From Phoronis australis (Eukaryota > Animalia > Phoronida): a stretch of 64,000 nucleotides of DNA. The notes below the pieces were generated by a model that had not been told where the DNA came from, ran no database searches, and was given only the letters and a program-made list of their open reading frames with translations. The translations under genes were made by a program, and so were the position numbers. This document shows positions 1-14,400 of the stretch, one piece after another (positions within the stretch are counted from its first letter, which is position 1; each line of letters starts with the position of its first letter). Where the stretch lies: NCBI GenBank assembly GCA_002633005.1, contig NMRA01000018.1, forward strand, positions 304,291 to 368,290, written 5' to 3'.

Positions 1-44
1 CATGTGCAGCAGAGCACTACAGGCAAAATGCTAAACCTAGATCA
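1..44 (+). CDS. Putative partial upstream exon of the same plus-strand gene
   Basis: Frame 3 CAAEHYRQNAKPRS ends in phase 0 at a consensus donor gtaagt (45-50), compatible with the acceptor at 1107. Confidence 0.4.
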
Positions 45-1106
45 GTAAGTAAATAGCACAAACCCCAGAGGACATTATTTTTTTTTTCGTTGTGAGAATC
101 CCCAATGCATTTTGGAAATGATTGATTTTAGCTTATAGGGTTTTGTAAAATGAAAGTATTGGGACTGCGGTAATTTGCATGTCTGTGTTATAACACCACA
201 AACTGTAGGCTACCTCTGAAACTACCCCCCCCCCACATCCAGGATAGGTTTTGCAATGTCGGAAGCCTTTCAAAAATTCTCCTTAATCTGAAGTTGGTGG
301 GGTTTAACCGTCATTTACAGTTCTCTGCTTTTTGATGGTTGGTTAAAGATTTTTTCAGACTATATGTTTGAAATCTTGAAACAGCATCTTGTCAAGCTTA
401 ATTGAAGGTTAATTACAGGAATTCAAAAGTGTTTTTAAGTTTGTGTCAGGATTCAAATAACTTCCTTTAACATCTGCTACAATTCCACTTGTCCCAATGC
501 CCCCTCCATGTCGTCATTGGACAAAGATAAACAATAAATAGACATATTTCTTATGAAAACATATGTTTAGATTGTTCTGTTAAGTATTTGTTGCGGTAAC
601 TTAAAAGTGTTTTTTATTGAACTTCTCACTGTTAAAATATACAATCAAAACGTTTTTGCAAAGTGTCTGTTTGCAAACTAAATACATTCTGAATTCCCAA
701 GCAAAGTACAAGACAGTGTTCCTACATCAGGAGAGATCTGGTTTGCTGACTGAAACTTATATAGTGTAAAGCAAGTCTGTTTTGGACAGTGTGATGCGGT
801 TTTGTCAAAGAATGGAAATTCTTCATCCTTAGATTAGCTATGTCTCGTATGCGACTAATTCTTGTGCCGGTTTGACCAGGTTTAAACACATCTACTGTGT
901 CCACTACTGCTTTGTTTATAATGCTAGTTCTGAATAAGTGATTTAGATCAGTTTGTGCAGCTGAACATATATTTTGGGAGTGCTTGTGCACTTGCCACTC
1001 GAGGCGTTTCCGATTTTGAGAACCAGTTTGATGCCTGGTGAAGGAAACTGGTTCTTAAAATTGGGAATCCCAAAACATGTGAGCGTTTCCATTTCTTATA
1101 TTTCAG

Positions 1107-1440
1107 GCTGTTAAAAATGGTGAGAATCCAGGCACGTCACAGAACCAAACTCCAAAAAAGCTGGACAAAAAAATTCGGACAACAGAGGCACCAGAAATGG
1201 CTCTCTGCAAAGCTTTTCCAAATTTGACATCAGAAGTGAAGTCGCTTATGAGGGAGACAACAATAAATTCTCAGAAGACCCCTAAGTGTCGCCGGTGGTC
1301 CAAGAATGCAGTGATGTTAGCGAGGAGTCTCTGGTTGAGTTCTCCACAGGCTTACAAGGACCTTATGGACAGACATGTTTTGGTTTTGCCGTCTGTTAGC
1401 CTATTACGTTTACACAAGAATTGCACAAAACAGTTGACAG
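1107..1440 (+). CDS. Exon encoding a P-element transposase (THAP9-like) N-terminal/post-THAP segment; likely penultimate coding exon of a plus-strand gene
   Basis: tttcag|GCT...ACA G|gtgaaa, open throughout. RRWSKNAVMLARSLWLSSPQAYKDLMDRHVLVLPSVSLL resembles the RW...L...SP.AY..L....LPS..TL motif of P-type transposases. Confidence 0.65.
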
Positions 1441-1532
1441 GTGAAAGCCACCAACAAATAGGCCAGGATTCTAATCATCAGACTTGAGCTTGAACTGCGA
1501 ATTATCTTTTGACGTTTTCTTTTCTACTTTAG

Positions 1533-1570
1533 TCCCAACTCGTCATCATTACTCATTCTTGTGTGCTTGA
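1533..1570 (+). CDS. Putative short terminal exon of the plus-strand gene
   Basis: Strong polypyrimidine acceptor ttttcttttctactttag; phase-1 join gives VPTRHHYSFLCA-TGA; AATAAA at 2047-2052. Confidence 0.4.
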
Positions 1571-4500
1571 GTGCATTATGGTTACACAGATGAGTTTCCA
1601 GGTCAACTACGCACTTGATGACCTCCAAATTCCCGTCACAAATTCTACTTTGTAATGCAAAATTTTGTGTTCACACTCTTTTTTTGCTCTTAATGGTGGA
1701 GTCATCAAGTTAGTGTGGAATTTGTATTATACCTTCATCCACTGAAACCAGAGTGTACTGGAGCATAGAATAATCAACAGTTTTCTTATGTTTGTACTGT
1801 CAAAGTGGAACAGAATATATCAAAAGTAATTTGGAGTTTTGAGATTAGACCCTGGGCAATGGAGTGAATGGTAAACTTTGCAGAGGAAGGTATCATCTGC
1901 CCTTAAATGTGTGGAGGACTGATTTTGGACGAGGTTTTAGCAGTGCAGACTTGCGACTTTTTAGTGCTTTTCAGGAAGTCAAGCTTAATCAATTTCCATT
2001 TTCATGTTATTTTTTAGAGTGGCATTAACCCGAATGTGCGTTCCGTAATAAAATTTTGATTTGGACACTTATTGTTACCCAATTGTCAGGGAAGTGATCC
2101 CTGGGCTGGGATAGAGCTGATCTTTACTTTTCAGACCAAGCTCATAAAATTTGAAGTTTGGTCACTAGCAATAACACTTCTTTTGAAGCCCTTAAGTCGC
2201 CTCTACTTTGACTAAGCAATAATTTGAGACCATCTTCATAATCTGGTAAATGACCTAAATCAAAACTTGGTTTTGGCGCAAAGCATGCATTTAATGACAC
2301 TTGGACATTGAACTATGGAACTTCCCTGGTCGCTTGTTTTGACTGTTTTGACAAATATTCACTTTCCAGGCTTTACAGAAAAGTTCTGATGATTTCACAA
2401 AAGCGTAAAAATTGACATGAATCAGCCATAGCTGGGGACTGGGATTAAAACGTTGAAAATTGGTTTTGAAATATTCCTCCTTCAGTGTCAAACTGAGACC
2501 TTTGGAATCATTAGTTTGCATTGCCTATGGATCAAAATGTTCATGCTCTGGTTTGTTCAGGATTCAAGCAGAACAGTGAGTTTTTAAAGTGAGCGCCCCG
2601 GTTTTACGCAATCAGTGATGTTATTTTGCTCATGGCAGCAGGTGTTCTCGCTCTTATTAGTATTGCTAAATAAATTTAACAAACATTGACGAACAAATTA
2701 CCTTTTGAATGGCGTTTGGTTCACACTCGATGTCTACATAGTTATTACATTAATTGCATGACTAAAATCCACTACGCAATTTATTGATTTTAAACAAGAA
2801 TTTTGAAGACTGTTACACACTAACGACCATTTATTGATCACAGAGCACATAAACAACTCGTTAAAACAACACAACAAGAATAACATGGACATTTCCCGTA
2901 AAAATATAACATTTGCAAATACAGTTACTGAATTCACACTCCGCAAACCACACTTCACAATCGACACCAACAAAAACCATCAAATTTCATAGAAAGGCAA
3001 TACAAGACAAAAGTAATCCGACAAAATACTGTTTCCTGTCCTGACATCCAATTCAGTTAACGAATGATAGTATTATGGCAGCAAAATTCTATTTACAGAA
3101 TGACTTGCACACCCTACTAACTTTCCAGATAATCCCCCTTCATTTTCCATCAGGAGAGAAGACTACTCTGACGATAAATTAGGCTTACACCCAGCCACCG
3201 TGGCAGGAGTCACGGGTCATTTTGTCAGAATATTTTTGGCATGCACTGTAAATAAAACCAATAACTGAACATACACCCACGGCAGTTCATTTAAGAGAAC
3301 CACATTAAGCAAGTGGTTTATTATCTAAATAATCAACAGATACTGTAACAATAACAGTTAGTAGTAATTTCATTTGGCTATCCCAAATTAAGGAATAAGT
3401 TTCTGATCAGCACAATCATGTCATTTGAAGGAGCTAGCCTATGTATAACTGTACACTGAATGGTCTGTAAACCAAATGACAGGGAAACTTGCTTGAAATG
3501 CAGCTACCAATAGGTGTTCATTCACACACCTTCCATTTACAGTAAAGACGCACTGCCACTTAGATCAGAAAGGAATGTGTTTTTGAAGAAAATTTTTACT
3601 TTTACTAGTATTTCACATATTAGCCCAATAAAATTTTTTCCATTCTTAAAACTCCATTGCACAATTAGTGTTAAATTGAGTACATGTCAACATACACTTT
3701 TGTAAAGGATAAATTTTACACAGTCATAATGTTGGAACTTAGCTCCTCAGTCTTGCTAATAAATGCTTCATGTATAAAATACACCCGATTCCTGATAAAG
3801 GCTCAGTTAGCTTCACATACAATCACATGGGTTTCAATATATGTGCACCCTATGTGGAGATTAACACCAGTCATGTGACTCCTAAGAATGTCAGTGCAAT
3901 GAGTACAAAATAACCCTGGTACACTGAACTTAAATTTTCAATCTACATTGTTCATGGTGAACCTGAGCAAACCTTTCTTCACCTAAGCTTAAGGCTATCA
4001 AACTACAGTTGAGATAGCTGAGACTCAGTGACTATAAACCCATCTTCCGTCAAAAATGCAATTTTTGATTTAGAAAACCTACCATTATGAAGTTGGTCTC
4101 AACCTGTCCCTTAGTCAAAATAGGAGTGATGTCAGGGTTTGGAGAGAGCAGACAATTTGTTATTGCTTGAGACCAGGCTTTACAGTTGACTTGTCACAGT
4201 GTGTCACCAAACACGGTCTCTAGGAGTAATGAACTGCTAGTTCTCTGCAAGACCAAAAAGTCACAGACTGAATAAGGAACAAATTTAGACCAATTTTTAG
4301 TGGTAAGTGGCCTAAATCAAAATTTAGTTTCTTGGATGCAAAGTCGGTTTTTTACCACTTTACGTAGACTTTCAAATTTTATGTGATGTGTTTCACCAAT
4401 AATCTTAGCCTGTCTTACTTCGTGCCACATATTCAACTGATTCAGCCAATCATGAAGCAGAAGCCATTGAAAGTTGTCCTGCATTCCAGCCAATCACATG

Positions 4501-5162
4501 TGTTAAGAAGTAAATCAACTTGGGGTCAGTGTTTTCACTCATCATACTGGAAATTCATTTTACATACATTCTGACTACAAGTTTCAGGAAGCAATGACAC
4601 CTGAGGTTTTTAGTGACATTCATGACTCTTTCTCATACAAACCAACTGGTCTTCAGAAACTGCATTAAAGTAAGCAACAGCCAAAGCTGAAGACTAGACT
4701 AATTAAGATACATTGGCCAACCACAAACCTAAACCCTGTGGTGTAAAATAATGCAGAACACAGACAACAACTGTGAGTGATGAATGAGTTACAGATTCAC
4801 ATAAGTTAGCAAAGACATAAAAGTGACATTAAAAGCAAATACAAAAATACAGATCTCATATCCGAGGGTCATTGTGGAAAATACTACTGAGCAAACATTA
4901 AGAAATAGAAAACATCATCCAATGTAGTCTACCAGAAATTATTTACAATATTTTTAAAGTTTACTTTCGACAAATTTTGTCGCATTGGTCGAGCACAAGG
5001 ATCATAACATCTCTATCTAGGAACAACTAAAACACACAATTTTTAAAACCCACATTGTAAATTAACAATACAACAAATGGAATGCAGTGACATCACAGGA
5101 CATGGGCAGCATGCGACTCTTCACCAACGATTCATGTAAGTTTCTTATTACACTGCCACACA

Positions 5163-5460
5163 TCATTGCGAGAACTTTCTACTGTAACTGTGTGAGTGAG
5201 AGGCAGAAGCGCGTCCTTCCAATATTTTGATCAGTTTATTGCAGTGGTGCATGAGTGTTGTAGTCCCTGTGCTCTTACTAGAGACCGCGCTGCGCGGTCG
5301 ACCACTAGCGCCTTTAGTTGACAGCTGCTGGAGTTTCTCAATGGCATTCAATGAGACGAGGGCTTGTCGTAGTCTGGTGTGATGACACATCTCACGCAGA
5401 GCCGCTACAGCACACTCCTGTACATGATATTGGCTATCTTTAGTGGCCACCTCTAATACT
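5163..5460 (-). CDS. STK36: STK36 terminal coding exon
   Basis: atag|[44 protein letters not shown]...SRKFSQ-TGA. Confidence 0.9.
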
Positions 5461-8400
5461 CTATAACAATACAACAGACGAGTATAATATAATGTAAAGC
5501 AATAAATTATAATAAAATATATGGTGGGCCAAAAAATATTACCCAATATGCATTCTGATTGCGTATGATAATTTTTGGATCTTATTTTCAAAAATACATC
5601 CAAGGCATGATACTCACAGTGTACTATTTTGTTCTTGAACACAGTTCAAAAACTAAATGAAGTTTTCAATACGTGGGCCTCATCTCTGCATGTTGAAGTT
5701 TGTGACCACACAGTCTCACATAAGCAGTGGAATACTCTTTATTTCCCGACAAATGATTGCTTTCAGATCCTCTATTGTTTGCACACTGTTGCAGATGTAG
5801 TCTCTGACCTTCAGAGAACCCCAAAGATAGATCACAAGAGTGAGCTGGCCATGAATTGTCCATAATACGCAACATAAGCCCATTTCTAGGGAAATACCAC
5901 TGGAAGTACTAAGTGAAACACTCATGCAATGTGGAGTTGCACCACCCTGTTAATAAACTACTCTACTTTCTGCTCAGCACTGGGATAGATTTCTGCCTCA
6001 TTACTTCCACATATTACTCAATGTAGATTGCCAGTGGTCCTTGCATGCTGGACAATACACAATTGCCACACCCCCTGCTGAATTATTTCCTTTGGGACGA
6101 TATAAAAACAAAGGTGTATGGCACCAATCTGCAAACAACAGAGGCTAGGAAAGCAAACATTTATTGGAAAATTCAGAGGATTGTGCAGGACACGTGTGAC
6201 TGCATTACCACAAACTTCAATGTGTGCAACAAGGGACAATGCTTCAGAGATGAGTTAGATGGACTGGAAATGTTGACTGAATTATGCTCAGTAACACATA
6301 GGACATCAATACATTTCAAGTCACTATTACCAATAAGCCAACACTTACCGTTGTAGGGTATTACTGGCTAGTATATCCTCACAAAGAACAGTCGAGTGCA
6401 AACACATGTTGCCAAGGGCACCTGCATAAAGCAGAAGTAACAAATTACACATCAAAACTTCACAGCTGCAAATCTACTGGTAAATAATAGTACCAGCGCC
6501 CAGTTTTGTCAAAGCTTGTATGCAGCTCAGACATGTGTCCCTGGTGCAGGGCCCTCACTCACCTGAGGGAAAGTGTGACTGTGCCTTCTGAACAAGGGAA
6601 ATTTTCTGATCGAGGGGAGAATCATCCAGCTCGTTACCCTTCATTGGCAATTCCTCAAGAGGCCAAAACTGCATTTTGCCAGTATAAGTAAATCTAACCT
6701 CGAGGTGAATTTTTAATCATTGGTAGCAGTTTTTGAGAATGATGAAGGAAATTTTGCGTGAAAGGGCACTAAATCTCTAACATTTCTGAAACTCCTAAAA
6801 CTGAGGCAATACGTTATTATAGAAAATCTTTTCTAGATATGTTAAAGGAAGTATTTGCACAATATATGACAAGCAGCACTAAATGATAGCTTTTTTATTT
6901 CTAAGTTATACACAGTCCCTACCAATAGAATCTTCTAACTAGTAAGAAGTTATGGACATTCACAACAAAGTTAGAAAGCCTTAGAAAAATTACTTTTGTT
7001 TGAAATTGATAACACTTCTTTCTAAAATTAAGGCACATCCCCAACTTTCAACTTCAGATACATTTTTGCACAAAATCAAAGTATTACTGTGATCATTCAA
7101 AGGGTACTTATGATTCCTCCTGCAGGCAGCGCTCTCCACAAAAGAAATTCAAATTAGACGGGAAATAAGAATTTGTGTACACGCTCAAAAATCCATGTTC
7201 ATATTGTTTGGTTAAGAAATGACTCATCTTCCAACACTTCAAACTCGTGGCATAGATTTTCAAACTCGACGCAAGTAAGCTAAACTAGCCATGACAAAAT
7301 TCAAACTCGACGCAGTATCAAATCAAAACAGGTTGTGGAAAACGCTGGTAAGACCGTACCTCACAGGAAGCCATTTAAAATAACGTCTGTTTTTCTGTTG
7401 GCTAAAGAAGTGTACGTACATGCAGCGTGTGATCTCGTCTTTGATGTTGGGTCCCTCAGCAGAGACGCCAAGAGTGGTATAGTGCCACTCAACACCTCAT
7501 ACAGCTCATCACTATGGTAACATGCATTACCTACTGCATATGTTGCACCCTGAAATATGAATTCACACATTGAAGAAGTATGAGAAAGTAAGATTCTTTA
7601 CAAAACTTGTGTACTAATCAGAGCAAAATAGGAGTTCTGAATGTTGTTAACAAACTTTAAAAAGTGAAATGTACAAAATAATTTCATGTCAGTGGTGTTG
7701 AATGAACTCAATGCTGCATGAAAAATGTTGGGCTTGATGAGGGTAACTAGTCCCCATATTGGCTTAGAATTTTGCAGGAGAGTTGTAAATCATGGGTGTA
7801 GTTCACACACAGTAGGCCTTTAGAAATTGATACACGAGGTCAGTGAAAGGAGTTGTTTGTGAACCCTGCTCATCCATACAACTGTCGTAGCTGGGTTGCA
7901 CAGCTTTAAAAAGGGTTTATGGTCCTAGCTTATCCCCTGAGGATTCTTAAATAGATGAGCCTGGACTGAACTATGTTATCAAAAATTTGCATGACAGGCA
8001 TCCAATGACTACAACTAAGACAAAGTTCTTATCAGCTAAAAGTTGCTTTACCTTTTTAACATTCTGATCTTCATCCTGTAGACAGCTCTTCATGTGCTCA
8101 ACTAGACTTTTCCTGAAAAACAGAATTGAAGAACTGATCAATAGACATAAAGAAACAGACTTTGCACAAAAGAATGCAAAAAGTGGAGATTGAAGAGTCA
8201 AAATAAAATAAAATAAACCTCTATTCTACCCTATAGTACTACAAAATCAGATCAATAACTATGGAGCACATACAGTTCCACCATCAGTTTGCACAGATAT
8301 TCATAACTGGCGTTTTGTATAATGTAATTAGGTCAGTGTCTGTACCTCTTGTAGTACAACACACATGACTAGCATGTCCACCTCAGTGTTTAGATTGCTG

Positions 8401-11400
8401 CACAACTTTGTGGTAGTATAGTGAATTTTTTTATCAAATTCCGGAACATAAACAAAAAGGAAAAAAAGTACTTTATGCGCTGTCATCAACAAACACATGA
8501 TGAAACTGAACATTTTAGTGATCAGAAGTAGTTAGCTTTTCAAAAATTGAGAAATGTTGAATTCTTTGTTCGCATCAGAAGAAACCTAATACAACTTTAA
8601 ATTAAAACAATATTCAGTCAAAGAAACAAATTCATCACTGACACCGTCTTAGGCACTCACCTGTCCGTGAGTGTACCATACACAACTGATGCATCACAGA
8701 CACTGTCTCAGGCACTCACCTGTCCTCGAGTGTACCATACATAACTGATGCATAAAGAATGTCTAGGGCACTCACCTGTTCTCGAGCGTACCATACATAA
8801 CTGATGCATAACTGACACTATCTAAGGCACTCATCTGTCCTTGAGTGTACCATACCTAACTGATGCATCAGACACTGTCTCAGGTACTCACCTATCTTTG
8901 AGTGTACCATAGAAGTTGTCTGAATGTTTCATCAAGTTTCCCAACAGACTGCATGTTCTGGCCCTAACAATGCTTGACGTGTGGCAAAGTAGATACTCCA
9001 GAGAACAGAAGTTTCCTAAAATACCAGCTCTATAGAATCACAGCCCTGCGACAGACACTGCACCCAGGCAATGATTTTGGAAAGGTGAAATACTACTCAC
9101 TGTTATGCAACTTCGAAGTTTTTTGCAAATTTTTGTAAATCACAGTGCTTTTGCCCTAGGACATATTCACCTATCCATGACAAATGAGAATGTCCTCATA
9201 GTCGAGAGCTTGGGTACAACAACAACAAGAATCCTGACAAAAGTGTCATAAGGAGATATGCCAGACTATCCTGGCCATTGGTAAAATATTAAAAAGACAT
9301 ACATCTGTGTGAACTATTGTCAATGCTATGAACGTGTCGCTATGAAAGATAGTACTGCAGAGATTAATTGACCAGGTGAGGAATCTTAATTAGTAACAAA
9401 TAGTTAATACAGTTAAGTCCAAGCCATCGTTGATATAATTACGTTTGTCAACACGTTGAGTATTTAGGTAAGGCAAGCATGCAAACAGTACAACTTCCTG
9501 CACCTGGGTATACATCTAACTAAAACAATTTTCCATTACGTATGCCCAGGCACTTAGAGGAACCTTAACCATGGCTATTGGCCTTAGAAATCATGTGCAA
9601 ATAGTTGTGCAGCTTCAACACGCAACATTGATTTTTAGCTTCAAAACACTATTTTCAATTTCTCTACTCCAAACATGAGGCAAAAAATTTAAGTCGGGTT
9701 GAGCTGAATACCATAACAGGGGGTTATGTAGCTAGGTAAACAAATGTATTGACTGATTTTAATTGACTGCAACAATGAGATGGGATAGGCAACCAGATAA
9801 AATTCCATTTTCATATTTTCAAAGGCCAACTGCAATTGTTAATATTGTTCAAGTTCTAACAAAAACTGTTGTATGACAATTGTACATTACAACAAAACAT
9901 GCTAACAATGAAAAGAGGTTTTTTGATAAGAAATCGAGACAGAATGAAATTCAACCTTTCCCATAAGATAATTGGTTAAATGAATCCCTTGAGCTACTCG
10001 ACTTTATCTTTGACTGGGGTGCAAGTGGAGAACCAGGATATATACAACAACCCATTTTGAGAGAGGACTGTATGAATAAGGGACCAGTTTCTAGGGATCT
10101 GCAATAAGAAAACCTTCCGTACAGTTTTGTTTAAGAAACGACGCCCTTTTGTAGGTGTTAATTCCATAACCTAACTTTTGTAAGGATTGTTGGTCAGTTG
10201 AATTTTATCCCATTAAGCCTGAAACAGAACAAGAAAAAATGCATGTTGCCAAAAACGAGTACATATTTTACAACAAAAGTTTAAAAATGATAGATTANNN
10301 NNNNNNNNNNNNNNNNNNNNNNNNNNNNNNNNNNNNNNNNNNNNNNNNNNNNNNNNNNNNNNNNNNNNNNNNNNNNNNNNNNNNNNNNNNNNNNNNNNNN
10401 NNNNNNNNNNNNNNNNNNNNNNNNNNNNNNNNNNNNNNNNNNNNNNNNNNNNNNNNNNNNNNNNNNNNNNNNNNNNNNNNNNNNNNNNNNNNNNNNNNNN
10501 NNNNNNNNNNNNNNNNNNNNNNNNNNNNNNNNNNNNNNNNNNNNNNNNNNNNNNNNNNNNNNNNNNNNNNNNNNNNNNNNNNNNNNNNNNNNNNNNNNNN
10601 NNNNNNNNNNNNNNNNNNNNNNNNNNNNNNNNNNNNNNNNNNNNNNNNNNNNNNNNNNNNNNNNNNNNNNNNNNNNNNNNNNNNNNNAGTACATTTCAGT
10701 AAACTTTTCAAGATGGAAACAATTGTAGAGTTTCAAACTCACAAAGTGCACCTTTTGCAATGAGCTTTGTTGGAAAAGCCCCTTTTTGTAGGCAATTTTG
10801 CAAGACTGGGCACACTTTTTGAAGGGAACCTATTGTGAAAAGTAGCCCCAGTGTGAGCAGCACGTCCCGCATACCTCTTCTGCAGAAAATCAATTTTGTT
10901 TTACTTACCTTTTCCTGTCTGTATGATGCTCAAGACAACATCGACGTAGTCTGGTGATGTACGTGCCATGTGACTGCATATGGAAATGGTGTCGCATGTG
11001 ACAGGAAGTGAAGCCTTGTCTGGGGAAAGGGCAGAAGACAGAAACTGATTGGCCTGGAATGAAAACACAGCCACTTAGTTTAAAGCACTAATAAACCAGT
11101 CTTCTGTCAAAGAAATTAAATTTTGCTTTGAACCACTTACCCTCGTAAAAACTGTCTCAACTTGTTCTTTACTCAGTTGAGAAGTGATCTTTGGTCTTGT
11201 CCAGAAACCCATTTCAATCAAGGATTTGAAAGCTATTTAAGAACACAGTAAACGATCTAATTCAAAAATTTTTGTGACGAAAGACAGCTTTATAGTTGTC
11301 TGTAAAAGAAGAGTAGCACATTCCACAGTATCCATTTGCGTTAATACAGGCCTATGGTTTCACAATCACCTCTGAACTTCCAACAATTTCATTTCAGACA

Positions 11401-14400
11401 TCCGCATTTTGTAGATTGCGGGTTAACCACCACCACATGATTTTTTTGAAGTTCTGAATTGGAATGTCCTTTGCTTCGACCTAAATGGTTACGGTACATT
11501 CTTCACATCCTTTTCAAGCAGCTGTTAAAAGGTAAAGTTTTCCTCATCAAACATTTGCCATTCTATCAAAAGTAATAGTGAGAAGATCATTCACTATCAG
11601 TTGTACCAATATCTCATGGAGAATTCCATCCTCTATACGTAGTTTCGTACACACACAGATTCACCCTAGAACAAGTTACTCCTGGAATGTGTTTGTAGAT
11701 ATGGGGACTCTCTGAGTGCTATTAAAACTAGTGCAACTTGCCCCACTTGCGACAACTTAACTCCATCTTATTGATTGAGGTATGTTAACTTGATCTGAGT
11801 GGAGTAACTTGTGCCACTTCTAATCGCTAAGTGGCTGCAAACGTGGCGCAAGGCCAAAGCAACTGTCAGCTGCAGTTACATAATACTAGTTGGATCCTCT
11901 TTTTTGCACAGTATTCACATCAGCTGTTTGTTGTCATGCAGTGTGACAACTTCTGTCTTGCGCTTTGCTTAAAGTGGGACAAGTTGCACTAGTGCAAGTT
12001 GTTCTATAATGGTACATCCATGTGTGCACGGCACTTATGATCTTCAGTCAAGTTTTAGACCATCTCATTCTACCAAAACGTGACTCACTGACTTGATCAG
12101 CCATATCAGAAAAGAAACACACAAAGAGACTAACACAGGAATGCTCCTCCTTCTAGATCTGCAAAAGGCATTTGATACTGTCGACCACAAAATACAAGAC
12201 CAAAGCCAGCAGTGCTCAACCGTGATAGAACCTCTCTGGACTGGGTTTCTCCATCATTAACATGGCTGCATTTAAGATGTTCATCCCTTTCCAAAACTCA
12301 GTCTGGTCACAGGGTCGTCACCTGCGGTGCTCCACAGGAGTCAATCCAGGGTGCCTTCCTTGCTAATGACAGGCAGTCAACTGCATACTTCTAATCTATG
12401 ATGATGAGTGATCTTACTCTGCTAAGAATTACGCTATCCTTGAAGATTGTTTAATCAGTGGACTTAGCAAATTAACGGGTCTGGTTTAACAAGCAACACA
12501 GCAAAATTTAGAATATTCTTCTTGGCTCTAAAATCAAACTTTCCAAAACCAAATTTACTGCAATTATTAGATCATTAAGCGTGCCTCAACCAAATACCTA
12601 GGAATTCAGTCTGAGTCTCTATACAGTGAAATAACAACAGAAAAATTAGTGTTCTTTGCAAACAAATTTGTATATTGCCAATTTAATAATTTAAGAGCCA
12701 TTATTAAAACAAGTTTAAATTTCCACCTTGATTCTGTATCACTTGCTTTTGTTCATGGTATTTATGACTGCTTTAAAAGCAACCATGGATAAATTAGTGC
12801 TCTAAAAACAACATTATCAGGTTATTCCACCCTAGAACTCATACTGGAGTATCTGAATTCCGCCAAGTTCCCTCCAGAGCTAACTTTTCTTAAACTTTGT
12901 TTGATGTGCACCATTTTCACGCCTTTGCTCCTCCCCTTGGTTTAGACTTTAGTACATGCCATAAACACAACACTCGCAATAGCACTGCTCCATTGCAAAT
13001 TCCTTATTGCAAAATGTTCAGCAATGCATTGAGCCAGTAATGAGCTTACTAACCACATTAAAGACACTCTGAGTTCATTCCTTCTTTTAAACATCTAACA
13101 CCTTTTCATTTAAGAAACTTTCTGTTACTGAGGGTAACATACTATGTCTATTATGGTAGGGTTATACTATTTATGTTCTCATTTATTTTTTCTTTAATAT
13201 TTCTTCAGATAACAATGGAAAGAAGCCTCTGACTTTTTGCGCTATCTCTGTTTCCCACTTTTATTTATTTTCATTTGTCTGTTTTTTCTTGTATTTTCTG
13301 TACTTGTGTGAGCTAAATAAACAAAGAAAAAGCTTCCATCAAACCACTTCAAACTACTGTTACTGTTTGAACACTTGCAAAACACTTCTAATGCTGACAC
13401 ATGATACTGGTGGACACAGGATGTCGGTAATGAGGGCCTCACACCGTTTTGGAATAAGACATATGTCAGCAAGGCCTACAAAAATGTTAAGCTGCATTTT
13501 GTCTTGGTTGTATCCAAGATGGATTGATTTTCAAAATTTGTCGTAAAATGACCATTACATTGTTACAGATGCTATGAAGTTGCCTTTGCCATAACAAACG
13601 AAATTGATTTAAACCATTTACTAATTACAAACTGGTGTCAACCCTTTCTTTGCCCTCAAATTCAAAGTAGTCTGAGCATTTGAAGAAATGACTTACACTT
13701 GTTGCTTGCAACCTAACTCCACGCATAAAGTAATTACTTTACCAATAATTGATCCTGGTTTCTAGGTAACATTAATGAACTGTCAGTTATCCACAAGCTC
13801 ATTAAGAGGTTTTCGCAAGACATATTGTCCGTCAAAACTTTCCAAGGCAGTTTATAGCAGCTTCAGTGTTTCTTTGCTGACAAATGACCCGTCAGAAATT
13901 ATATGCACACATTCTAGTGTCAACCAGGAGAGCTCAGTTCCTTGCGAGAAAAACAAGATCTTGTGCATCTTAGCGAAATCACGCGAGTGAAAAACATGCT
14001 TCCCCAAGTATACGTACTAGCCTGTGCCTGCAAAATGGCGGCCACTAAACTGATTGGTCATTGAGGTTCGAGTGCTGAATTGTGCTATTGAACTCACTGT
14101 TCTATTCCATAAGACGATTTTTGCAACAAATTCAAGCTAATGTCTTGTATTCTATGGAACTCGGTCCCAGATACCTCATGTTGAAACATGACAGGTCTCG
14201 CACATAACTTTAGGTCTTACCACCAATTTGAACAAAGGAACCAATATTTTACTCAGGTTCCCAGTTTGAATGGTTTAACCCACCAGTACCAATTTGACAC
14301 AAACTTGCAATATAACATTAAGTCATCATTTCTCTGGGGAAGAACCACCGCAGACTTGTAGGTAATGGAAGCTTCTACAAAAGGGTGATGCCGTATTTCT

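Noticed and set aside
8661-8860. Repeat units acting as tandem micro-exons
   Set aside because: The cag-to-donor segments are about 25 nt (frameshifting), the gaps are about 33 nt, and there is no polypyrimidine tract.
10239-10763. Long ORFs of 138-174 aa
   Set aside because: They only read through the 390-N gap.
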